NCBI RefSeq assembly: GCF_000315625.1
Contig: NW_005434560.1
Location: forward strand, 128,020 to 192,019
Source of the DNA: Guillardia theta CCMP2712
Taxonomy: Eukaryota > Protista > Cryptophyta
Length of the DNA stretch: 64,000 bases
Direction of reading: 5' to 3'
Made by a program: the position numbers and the translations under genes. Shown here piece by piece: positions 9,179 through 17,713 of this stretch (position 1 is its first letter; each line of letters opens with the position of its first letter). Below the pieces are notes generated by a model, which made no database searches, was not told the origin of the DNA, and saw only the letters and a program-made list of their open reading frames with translations.

Positions 9179-10525
9179 ATGGGCAACTACAACTCCAGCC
9201 ATGACCACATCAACGACAACCCAGACAACCCCATCCAGGACACTGCGGGGTGGAGAAACTCCGCGGGTGCCGTGGCTGCAACCACCGCAATAGAAAATGC
9301 AAACCACATCGCCATGGACCGCAACCTCCGCCAGCACGCGATCCGCCAGGCGGTGTATAGGGCCTTATACAAGGTGAGGTTCGAGCAGGTCACCCCACAG
9401 GAGGCTTTCTGGATCTACAAGTGGGTGAAGGCCCTGAACCTGGAATTGCAAGTCACGGAAGGCATCGCGGGCGCTTCCACTCTCTTGAGCTTATCGATCG
9501 TCATGAAACCCAACTTCGACGCCCTCTCGCGGCGCAACGAGGCGCTCAGCGTCGACTTCTGGAAGCAGTTCATCCAAACGGCCGTGAGGGATGCCAATAT
9601 GATCCCGGAAAACTTCTTTCGAAATGCAAACACCATGGAGGAAAATGCAATGAACAACCTCCGGAGCTTCAAGCGGCTTATCAACATCCTCGAGCAGAAC
9701 ATCCACACCCTCACCCCCGTGGCGTGGAACTCGCTCTCCGACGCCCTGCAGATCACCCGGCAGGTGTTCGTCGAGCGCGGGGTGGACCTTAACGATTTCA
9801 TCACGCGCAACGAGGACCAATCGACGGCAACCCCGAAATTCACCGAGAGAGAGCTGCTCACCTTCCTCTCCCGCCACCCAATCCTCCGCGAGAGCCTCTC
9901 CAAGGCCGCGGGCTCCATCCTCCAGTCCACCCTCAACCTCCGTGACGGGGCCTACTCCGGCATTCGCAAGCTCAACGCCAACGACGCTAGGATGATCGGC
10001 TACATCCTCTACCTCAAGAGCGAGGTCCGGAAGCTTGCAGACGAGATCAAGAACGTACTGACCGATGCACTCCTGAACCCGCACAAGTACGTCGAGTATT
10101 TCCTCGATGTCACCGATGCCGTGAGGGCGGACGCGTTCGACGAGTTCCTCGTATCGGACAGCAGGGCGGCGACCCGTAGAAGAGAAGCAGATAGGCCTGT
10201 CGCAGGAAGACGAGGAGGAGGAGGGGGCGGGGGAGGAGGAGGTGGTGGGGGAGGAGGAGGTGGTGGGGGAGGAGGAGGTGGTGGGGGAGGAGGAGGAGGC
10301 GGAGGAGGCGGAGGAGGAGGAGGAGGACGACGAGATGCTGCAGACGCAGCTCGAGTTGTGGGAAGAAGAGAGGCAGAGGCTAGTTCTATGCCACTGACAT
10401 CCAACCTCGATGGCGCACAGGACGACCCACCCCAGCGCGTCCCCACCACCGGGGGCTCGAACCCCCGCAAGTACATACGGATCAACGGGGAGATGGTTGC
10501 ACTCGATTCATTCAGGCAAGAATAA
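9179..10525 (+). CDS. Putative N-myristoylated protein with a 38-Gly tract
   Basis: MGNYNSS fits MGxxxS; TATAAAA at ~9139; poly-Gly at 10214-10327. Confidence 0.75.
   Translation: MGNYNSSHDHINDNPDNPIQDTAGWRNSAGAVAATTAIENANHIAMDRNLRQHAIRQAVYRALYKVRFEQVTPQEAFWIYKWVKALNLELQVTEGIAGASTLLSLSIVMKPNFDALSRRNEALSVDFWKQFIQTAVRDANMIPENFFRNANTMEENAMNNLRSFKRLINILEQNIHTLTPVAWNSLSDALQITRQVFVERGVDLNDFITRNEDQSTATPKFTERELLTFLSRHPILRESLSKAAGSILQSTLNLRDGAYSGIRKLNANDARMIGYILYLKSEVRKLADEIKNVLTDALLNPHKYVEYFLDVTDAVRADAFDEFLVSDSRAATRRREADRPVAGRRGGGGGGGGGGGGGGGGGGGGGGGGGGGGGGGGGGGGGGRRDAADAARVVGRREAEASSMPLTSNLDGAQDDPPQRVPTTGGSNPRKYIRINGEMVALDSFRQE
10214..10327 (+). repeat. GGN trinucleotide repeat (38 Gly codons), G-quadruplex prone
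   Basis: Direct reading of GGA/GGT/GGG/GGC run. Confidence 0.95.
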
Positions 10526-10538
10526 AGAGTAGTATCAG

Positions 10539-12374
10539 TTAAGAAATATAGGGAAGGACCGAGAAGTGCATGCAGTCCGAGCCGCTGCGCCCCACCATGG
10601 ACAGGATACAGATGTCATGGACGTTCCCGCGTACCTCCGGGCGGTTGCGCTCGGTGCAGAGCCACACGGCGCGCAGGGTGTGCTCGAAGGGCGCGAGCTC
10701 GGGGTCCGCCCGGCACGCCGCCACGATGTAGCAGAGCCGCGCCACAGCCTCGCGGAGGTTACTGGCAGTGCCACCCCTTTCCATCCCTGACACGCCCATA
10801 TCCGCCGCCACCCTCGCCGCGGGGAGCAGGCGCATCCCGCCCACCGCGTAGAGCGCGTAGACCGCCCCGTTCCGGAGGAAGGAGATGAACTGGGCGGAGT
10901 CACCCTTGCAGGCCTCCGCCACGCCTCCCAGCATCCCCATCGCCTTGGCGGCAGGGAGGATCTGCGCCTGGATGGGATTCCCGTCACTCCCATAATCAAA
11001 TTGGAACTCTATGTCGATGCCGTCCGCCCTCCCGTAACCGCCCTCCGTCGCCGCCGCGGTGTACCCAGGGGCGTTGAGCAGGCGGATGCCGGCAGGCGCT
11101 CCCGCCGCCGCGTTCGCCGCGAGCAGGCAGTCCTGGATCTCCTCGTCGGTCATACCCAGCCGCATCAGGCCGCGCGTGTCCTCCTCCTTGATGCCGAGCT
11201 CGCGGAACACCGCGGGGGAGTTGCTCGAGCCGTGCGCGGAGAAGAGGTAGCGCTTGCTCTCGGTCCCGTCCCAATACCGCACGCCGCACGCCGCCGCGAC
11301 CGCCTCGAAGGGCGAGCCCTTACGGATGGGCTGCGTGGTGATCAGCCCCATGTCCGAGATGCGCCTCCGCGCCTCCTTCCGGTCCGTGAAAGTGCAGGGG
11401 ATGTCCGTGAAACTCCCTTGAAGCTCGAACATGGAGTGCGACACCGCCTTGGCCAGCGACCTGAAGCCGGTGACATAAGGGTCCCGCTTCACCACGGGCT
11501 CCAGGATGACAGAGAAGAGCCCGTGAGACACCAGCAGCGACCGCTTCATCTCTCCTCTCCCCAGCTCCGCGATGAAGCCCGGGGCCCTGTTGACGCTGCA
11601 GGAACGGAAGAGCACCGTCTCACCCCCCGCAGCGTGCAGCGTCGAAGCGCCGTGCTCCTGCAGGCTCCCGGCGATGCTCACGGCGTCCCCCTTCCGGTAC
11701 CGCACCTCCACCGTATCACCCGCCGACCTCGAGGTGGCCGCGCCCTCCACGCGCAGGAAGCTCTCGGAGCCGTGCGTCCGCTTGGTCAGGAAGTCCTGCA
11801 CCTCCGCATCCGAGGAGCAGCGCATGGAGGACCAGCGAGGCACGTTGCGCTCCAAAAAGTCCCGCACCGACGGGCAGCGCAGCGCGGAGGCGCCGGCGGG
11901 GGAGGCGAAGTGGAAGGCCTGCACCACGTTGGGATTGTTCACGCTGGCGTACACGCAGGACTGGATGCCGAACTTGTCACCCTCCTTACCCCCACCCTGG
12001 AACGCCAGCAGCACCCCGTCGGGCTTGACGGAGGCCTTCATCCCGCGCTTCTTCGGGTCCGCCACACCCCCCGTGCACAGACCCCCCAGGAAGTGCACAT
12101 CTCTCCCCTCCAGCTTGTCCGCGCGGAGGATCTCGCGCAGGCGTGCGCGGACGTAGTCGTTGCGAAGCCAGTGCTTGCGGACCTCCGCGTTGGGTGGCAT
12201 GTCGGTCCTGGCTGGCTTCGAAGCCAGTGACGATGCGGTCGAAGGCACCCTTCTTGGATCGTCCCTGCGCTGGCCCTGCATGAACCTCACCTTCCTCGTA
12301 TCCCTTCTCGTAGTATCCATCCTTGTAGCATCCATTCTTGTAGTGTTCCTCCTATCACCCGCAATCGACACCAT
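10539..12374 (-). CDS. Hypothetical protein (611 aa)
   Basis: Long GC3-rich ORF; GTATAAAAG box at ~12416-12424; short (D/N)xTR(M/R) repeats at the N-terminus. Confidence 0.75.
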   Translation of the reverse strand: MVSIAGDRRNTTRMDATRMDTTRRDTRKVRFMQGQRRDDPRRVPSTASSLASKPARTDMPPNAEVRKHWLRNDYVRARLREILRADKLEGRDVHFLGGLCTGGVADPKKRGMKASVKPDGVLLAFQGGGKEGDKFGIQSCVYASVNNPNVVQAFHFASPAGASALRCPSVRDFLERNVPRWSSMRCSSDAEVQDFLTKRTHGSESFLRVEGAATSRSAGDTVEVRYRKGDAVSIAGSLQEHGASTLHAAGGETVLFRSCSVNRAPGFIAELGRGEMKRSLLVSHGLFSVILEPVVKRDPYVTGFRSLAKAVSHSMFELQGSFTDIPCTFTDRKEARRRISDMGLITTQPIRKGSPFEAVAAACGVRYWDGTESKRYLFSAHGSSNSPAVFRELGIKEEDTRGLMRLGMTDEEIQDCLLAANAAAGAPAGIRLLNAPGYTAAATEGGYGRADGIDIEFQFDYGSDGNPIQAQILPAAKAMGMLGGVAEACKGDSAQFISFLRNGAVYALYAVGGMRLLPAARVAADMGVSGMERGGTASNLREAVARLCYIVAACRADPELAPFEHTLRAVWLCTERNRPEVRGNVHDICILSMVGRSGSDCMHFSVLPYIS

Positions 12375-12528
12375 TCACCCCACACGACGGTCCCGCCCGG
12401 GATGCAAAGACCCGTCTTTTATACACACCCTCGATTCATCACAGGCATGCATCTACCAAACAAAACACGAGCAACATATATGAACCATTGCAGGGTAGAA
12501 GTACAAGGAAGACAGCATTGTCAGTAGC

Positions 12529-13080
12529 ATGCATTGGGCCAAGCACACCTGCGCCCTGATACCAGCATTCATGGTCCTCTTCTGGATCTTCATGTTTGCC
12601 TTCTCCAGGGCCTTCATGCTCTACTCGGAGTACCAGGCAGAGATCGCCAGGCTCAACGACGACGCATGGCTCCGGGTCAAGTGCAAGGACCCGGAGTTCT
12701 TCCACAACATCAAGCAGCACACCGACCTCTGCCTCAAGGTAGAGCAGAACGCCAGGAAGTCCTGCCTCCTCGTCGCCCTCAACACCGTCGCCTCCACCAC
12801 CTACCTCTGCGGCTACAGGAGCTGCGCCGACTACCTCACCGACGCCGTCCTCTGGGTGATGGGCTTCGGCCTCCCCGCCGTACTCCTCATCTCCGTATGC
12901 CTACTCCTCTTCCCCACGGTGCTCTACCCCGTCTACTCCTCGTACCTCAACCGTATGGCCGACCGCAGAGTCATGGCCCTCTACAACGCACCCTACGGGA
13001 TGGAGCACTACTCCGCCTCCCACCCCAGGCTCGTCTACCCCGTCATACAGGACATGGAGGATGCGAAGAAGTTGGTGTGA
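12529..13080 (+). CDS. Two-TM protein with Cys-containing luminal loop (Brr6/Brl1-like topology, tentative)
   Basis: TM, then AEIAR...C...C...C...C loop, then TM. Confidence 0.65.
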   Translation: MHWAKHTCALIPAFMVLFWIFMFAFSRAFMLYSEYQAEIARLNDDAWLRVKCKDPEFFHNIKQHTDLCLKVEQNARKSCLLVALNTVASTTYLCGYRSCADYLTDAVLWVMGFGLPAVLLISVCLLLFPTVLYPVYSSYLNRMADRRVMALYNAPYGMEHYSASHPRLVYPVIQDMEDAKKLV

Positions 13081-13125
13081 CAAAGTTGATATTCTCTCGT
13101 TGTACGTAGATCAATATATGTCATA

Positions 13126-13578
13126 TTAAAAATAATGCTTTACAGGAGCTACGCCGACTGATGATTCACACTGATGTGATTCACACTGGTCAGTTGGTAG
13201 GATGACTGGAGGGGTGGTGGGTTCATCTTCTTCGCCATCAAACTTTGGCTTACCCAGGTTTTTCGTATCTTTGGAACGCGTGATAAACTTGACCTCTGTG
13301 ATAACGACCTGCTTGGGCATGTAGGGTTTCTTCAGCTCCCTGGAACAGATATCCGAGAGCTTGACCTCCATGATGTTGCGGAGGTTCTTCCTGATATCCT
13401 CCTTGAGGTTCACCTGCGCATCGAGAAGAGAGAGGATCTGCAGGCACTCTTTCACCTCAGAGAGGCACGACTCCTGAGGTTCGTCTACGCTTCCCGAGGC
13501 TGAAGAATCACCAAACATCTGTTGGTGACGCACCCATGCCTGCAAGCGCTCAGTTGTCATCTTCTCAGTTCGATCCAT
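13126..13578 (-). CDS. Hypothetical protein
   Basis: 150 aa; GTATAAAAC box at ~13612-13620. Confidence 0.65.
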   Translation of the reverse strand: MDRTEKMTTERLQAWVRHQQMFGDSSASGSVDEPQESCLSEVKECLQILSLLDAQVNLKEDIRKNLRNIMEVKLSDICSRELKKPYMPKQVVITEVKFITRSKDTKNLGKPKFDGEEDEPTTPPVILPTDQCESHQCESSVGVAPVKHYF

Positions 13579-13730
13579 CGTGGCGAATAGTCAGACAGAC
13601 CCACATCAGGGGTTTTATACGCTTCGTTTTTTTTACTCCCTGTTTTTTTCATTTTTTATTTAAAAAAAAATTCCCGCCTTTTTTTAGGAGTCAATAAAAA
13701 GACCGCTGCGAAGTTCACCCTCCACTGCCC

Positions 13731-14120
13731 ATGCAATCCCAGGCAGCCGTCATGGAGACGCTGATGAAGAAAGACATCCAGCTGCAGAAGATGCAGCACG
13801 CCATCGACTGGTACAACGGGTACAAGCAGCACCGCGAGAAGGTCGACCGCGTGGTGTGCGCCAACCTCTCATCCTCAGACCGGTTGAACCCTACCCTGCT
13901 CACCAAGGTCGAGAGCGAGCTTTTCTCACCCGACAAGCGTTACCAAGAGTACAAGCCACCGGAGGACCTTCTCCCGCGGCTTGCTTTCTCGGACGTCGTC
14001 TCTCTCGACACCGCGGAGCTAGCCCTCCGCATCACCAGGATCGAGGAGGAGATCGATGCATGCAAGAAGCAACCAGCCTATCGCGCCATGATGCAAGAGC
14101 TGAATGATGCCTTGAAGTAG
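13731..14120 (+). CDS. Hypothetical coiled-coil protein
   Basis: 129 aa; T-tract plus GTCAATAAAAAG upstream; AATAAA downstream. Confidence 0.65.
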   Translation: MQSQAAVMETLMKKDIQLQKMQHAIDWYNGYKQHREKVDRVVCANLSSSDRLNPTLLTKVESELFSPDKRYQEYKPPEDLLPRLAFSDVVSLDTAELALRITRIEEEIDACKKQPAYRAMMQELNDALK

Positions 14121-14205
14121 AGTTCTAATAAAAAAAAAGAAAGTATTTGTGGCTCTAAGCTTGTCGGTATGCCAGCACATCTCACCTCCAATAACACCCC
14201 CAACC

Positions 14206-14382
14206 ATGTCGGAAGAAGAATGCGATGTCGTGTTTGCAATCAACGAGAGTGAGGAGCAGATCGCAAGGAACATCGTCCGTCTGATCCAACACGAGAGACA
14301 GACGCAGCCTTCTCCCTCCATGGCAGAAGACACCATGGAGCAGGGACCGGGAGGGACAACTACCGGTGATTCATCGGTGTGA
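14206..14382 (+). CDS. Small acidic hypothetical protein
   Basis: ACCATG context, 58 aa. Confidence 0.4.
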   Translation: MSEEECDVVFAINESEEQIARNIVRLIQHERQTQPSPSMAEDTMEQGPGGTTTGDSSV

Positions 14383-14439
14383 GAGGGGTAGGGTACTTAA
14401 CGGTACTAAATTGAGTAAATTTATAATACTTATATAGCC

Positions 14440-14805
14440 GGTCTCCCAGGAAAGGCCCCCCCCCTTGGCCAGAATCTGGAAACCGTTAAACCGTTAAACC
14501 GTTAAACCGTTAAAACCTTCAACCACAGTCCGGCGATTCTTGTCCTTTGATCATTTTAAATAAGGTTCGCCGGACATATATATATATACATATATTACAT
14601 ACATAGATACATACATATACATAGTATGTATATACATACATACATATACATACATATACATACATACTATATACTATATACATACTATACGTATACTGTC
14701 CGGCGAACCTTCTTTAAAGGTTTTAAAGACCGTTAACCTTTAACGGTTTAACGGTTTAACGGTTTTCAGATTCTGGCCAGAGGGGGGGCCTTTCCCTGGG
14801 GACCC
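14440..14805. repeat. Large imperfect palindrome with iterons and AT core; candidate replication origin
   Basis: Left arm has 4x CCGTTAAA (14483-14514), right arm 3x TTTAACGG (14739-14762). Perfect 15-bp inner IR AAGGTTCGCCGGACA/TGTCCGGCGAACCTT flanks a 120-bp TA/CA core. Lies between convergent genes. Confidence 0.85.
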
Positions 14806-14850
14806 AGGTCGGGGTATGAGGGCGATGATATTTTTTTATTTTTTTTTTAC

Positions 14851-15492
14851 TCAAACAGCGCATCGACAGATGTCGGCGACGGTGATGCGCCAGAGGTCCT
14901 CGGTGCGGCGCAGGATCTCCGTGTGGATGTCGGGGGAGACCATCTGCATGTACCAGGGGAGGTCCTGGTGGATGACGGTGATGTTGGCGGTGGGGGACGC
15001 TCCCGAGACCACGGGGGTAACGACGGAGACGGTGATAGAGGAGACAACGGGTAGGTTGGATATGACGGCGTTCTCGTTCATGACAAACCTGTCCGATGAA
15101 GTACAGTCGAGCAGGTCTTGGTCCTTGTGCTGGAAGGCCTGGATGTTGCCCACGAAGGGCTTCAGGAAGGCGGGTGGCGTGACGGGCACATGGTAGTCCA
15201 CGCTGCGGCTGAAGACGACGTGGGTGTCACAGGTATTGGAGAGGTCGGAGATGGGGATGTTCCTCCACTTTCCCAGGCTGATGCCCTGCACGCCGGAGTC
15301 CCAGCGGCTGAGCCTCTTCTTGATGGCGTCGTCGCTCATGTAGAGGACGTACTGCAGGGGCTTGTTGACATTGCAGTGGCAGGACGGGAAGGCAAGCGAG
15401 GAGGTGAAGGTAGAGAGCGATGATATCGGTAAGGGCAGAAAGAGTAAGACGGTAGCCAACAGCAGGAACGCTTCGGCGGCGGCCTGATTCAT
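14851..15492 (-). CDS. Secreted protein
   Basis: Signal peptide; GTATAAAAC box at ~15536-15544. Confidence 0.7.
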   Translation of the reverse strand: MNQAAAEAFLLLATVLLFLPLPISSLSTFTSSLAFPSCHCNVNKPLQYVLYMSDDAIKKRLSRWDSGVQGISLGKWRNIPISDLSNTCDTHVVFSRSVDYHVPVTPPAFLKPFVGNIQAFQHKDQDLLDCTSSDRFVMNENAVISNLPVVSSITVSVVTPVVSGASPTANITVIHQDLPWYMQMVSPDIHTEILRRTEDLWRITVADICRCAV

Positions 15493-15586
15493 GGCAGGGG
15501 TTTTCTGTTTTCTGGAAACACGCGGTCGTTTGCTCGTTTTATACCCAAGCGGGTATTAGGGGTGGGATGCGTGGGGGGGCAGGGAA

Positions 15587-16516
15587 ATGGCGGGTCAAGA
15601 CGAAGCGATGGACGCTCGGCTTCTGGAGACTTATATCCCGGCTTTCTTCATGATCATGAAGACCATTGCCGTGCTGGGCTTCATCCCCTTCGCAGGCTGG
15701 CTGGGCATGTCAAACGAGCACGTCTTCAATCTCATTGGGACGCTCCTGTTTGTGGACCGCGTGCTGTTCAACGTGGAGGTGCAGGGTGGGATCGATTCCA
15801 ACATGTCCGTGGCTTGCGTCTTGCTGTGCTTCGTGATCAACACGGAGAGGGTATGGACAGCCTATGTCGACACGGCCCTGGATATTGTCCTAAATGTGAC
15901 TTGGTGCCTGCTGGCGCTGTTCCTGCTGGTGAAGGATGAGCTGCCCTTGGGCCACCACTGGATGATGTCCCTGCTCCCGAGCCCGGATATAATCATCGGG
16001 GCGGGGATGTTCTATGTCCACACCCTGCTTCCGCTGTCCTCCGCCTCCGTGCTCGAGCTCTCCATACGCGCCATCGTCTTCCAGTGCCTCTCCGTCAGCT
16101 GGTTCTACACCTTCCGGATGCGGGTCAGGGACCCCCTTGACACCCCCTTCACGCTTTGTATAAGTAGGTTCTTCCCCGTGATGTTCGTGGGCCCCATCGT
16201 CGCGTGCGTCTTCGCCGGGATGGTGTGGGTGTGCATCATGGTCAAGTTCTACCGGCAGCAGGGCGAGTTCCGGGCGTATTTTGTGCAGGTGGACAGGCAT
16301 CGGAAGGCCCCCACACCGGATCCCATCGAGACCCCCATCTTGTACACCCAGAGGAGGCAGAGGAACCAAGCCTCCCATTCCACTGTTTATATTCCTGGCT
16401 CTCCCATGCCTGTCCCTTACGAGAGCGCAGAGGACGCGGAGGGCGACGAGGACACCATGCTGCTCAGGGAGATGCTGCAGAGGGGCAGGGAGGGGATCGA
16501 GTCCGGGATGGTTTGA
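15587..16516 (+). CDS. Polytopic membrane protein (~7 TM)
   Basis: Hydrophobic segments, GC3-rich. Confidence 0.75.
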   Translation: MAGQDEAMDARLLETYIPAFFMIMKTIAVLGFIPFAGWLGMSNEHVFNLIGTLLFVDRVLFNVEVQGGIDSNMSVACVLLCFVINTERVWTAYVDTALDIVLNVTWCLLALFLLVKDELPLGHHWMMSLLPSPDIIIGAGMFYVHTLLPLSSASVLELSIRAIVFQCLSVSWFYTFRMRVRDPLDTPFTLCISRFFPVMFVGPIVACVFAGMVWVCIMVKFYRQQGEFRAYFVQVDRHRKAPTPDPIETPILYTQRRQRNQASHSTVYIPGSPMPVPYESAEDAEGDEDTMLLREMLQRGREGIESGMV

Positions 16517-16541
16517 GGGGATCGAGTCCGGGATGGTTTGA
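16490..16541 (+). repeat. 25-bp tandem duplication spanning a stop codon
   Basis: GAGGGGATCGAGTCCGGGATGGTTT x2. Confidence 0.95.
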
Positions 16542-16588
16542 TGCGCTGTATTTAAATGATCTGTGTGTGCAGGGATCAACTGTGTGTC

Positions 16589-16987
16589 ATGTTTGCCTAT
16601 TGGATTTTCAAGGAGCCCTACCAGCACATCTTTCAGTGCGATGAGGCTTGTAAGGCCACAGATGATAAGATCAGGGCCGTGGACAAGAAGGAGAATGATT
16701 TTAATGAGTTGCTTGATATGATGAATAAGGGTTACATCTACTGTGCATGCGACAAGAACACGCTGTCGGAAGAAGACCGCGAGTACTACGACCACAGAAA
16801 GAGCATCATTAAGGAGTACTTCACTGCCAAGCTCGAAGCTTACCAAGCGGCCATGGCCTGCCTGAAGAAGCACATGAAGACCCTCTCCGTGACGTCAAAC
16901 GCGGAGGAGCTCAAAAATTGCACCAAGCTCGAGACAGAGTTCGACAACGAGATCATCAGATACAGCATCAAGGTCATGGAGATGTAG
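16589..16987 (+). CDS. ORFan, cassette 1
   Basis: TATTTAAA at 16549-16556, AATAAA at 17024. Confidence 0.65.
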   Translation: MFAYWIFKEPYQHIFQCDEACKATDDKIRAVDKKENDFNELLDMMNKGYIYCACDKNTLSEEDREYYDHRKSIIKEYFTAKLEAYQAAMACLKKHMKTLSVTSNAEELKNCTKLETEFDNEIIRYSIKVMEM

Positions 16988-17144
16988 ACTCACCCTGTAG
17001 GATGTCCTGGTAGAATTAAACAGAATAAACCTCTGCGTAATAATAACCATGTGCGCACCCGCGTGTATAAGGGACGGGATCGAGTCTGGGCTGGTTTGAT
17101 GCTCTGTATTTAAAGGATATTACACAACACGGGGGCATCACGTC

Positions 17145-17597
17145 ATGTTCAAGGCAATATACAATTTCTTTTCAGGGACGACGGGCAAGCGGAAGCGCTA
17201 CGAGATGGATGATGTAACGGTACCATGCAAGTGGACGAATGAACATTACAGCCCAGAAAGATGGATCTCGGAGCTGAGTGACGGTCCGTTTCTCGAGAAT
17301 GCAGAAAAACAACTCACTGTCCTCCGTCTATACGAGAAAGCCACTGAAGACATGATTCAGGATATGGAAGACACTAAACGTGAGATGGGATCCTTGAGAG
17401 ATGATCTTTCTCAGAATTGGCGGAATGCTACCGGTAGTCATGCACAAAGATATTTCGACATGCTTGCTAAAACCAACTCTATCATCCGTAACCACAAGTC
17501 GCTGATGACTAGGTTTGTAATTCCGTATCTCTACTGTGCCAGCAACATAGATTCGTTGAAGGAAGCCATCCATATGGTAAAGGAGAGTAGCGCGTAA
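17145..17597 (+). CDS. ORFan with KRKR NLS-like motif, cassette 2
   Basis: TATTTAAA at 17107-17114, AATAAA at 17616. Confidence 0.65.
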   Translation: MFKAIYNFFSGTTGKRKRYEMDDVTVPCKWTNEHYSPERWISELSDGPFLENAEKQLTVLRLYEKATEDMIQDMEDTKREMGSLRDDLSQNWRNATGSHAQRYFDMLAKTNSIIRNHKSLMTRFVIPYLYCASNIDSLKEAIHMVKESSA

Positions 17598-17713
17598 GTG
17601 ATGCCCGTGGTAGATAATAAACCTCTACGTAATAATAACCATGTGTGCACCCGTGTGTATAAAAGAAACCATGCGGGCGGGGGCTGCCATGTACCGAGCG
17701 GGGGAGACGAGCC

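Noticed and set aside
10009-10485. Poly-proline protein on the minus strand
   Set aside because: Antisense mirror of the poly-Gly tract.
11001-12230. Long antisense ORFs (also 17531-18592, 50336-51400, 61138-62025 and others)
   Set aside because: Typical shadows of GC3-rich genes, lacking promoters and motifs.
14483-14514. CCGTTAAA repeats as a CRISPR array or telomere
   Set aside because: No spacers and no cas genes; the repeats are short, internal and mirrored within a palindrome.
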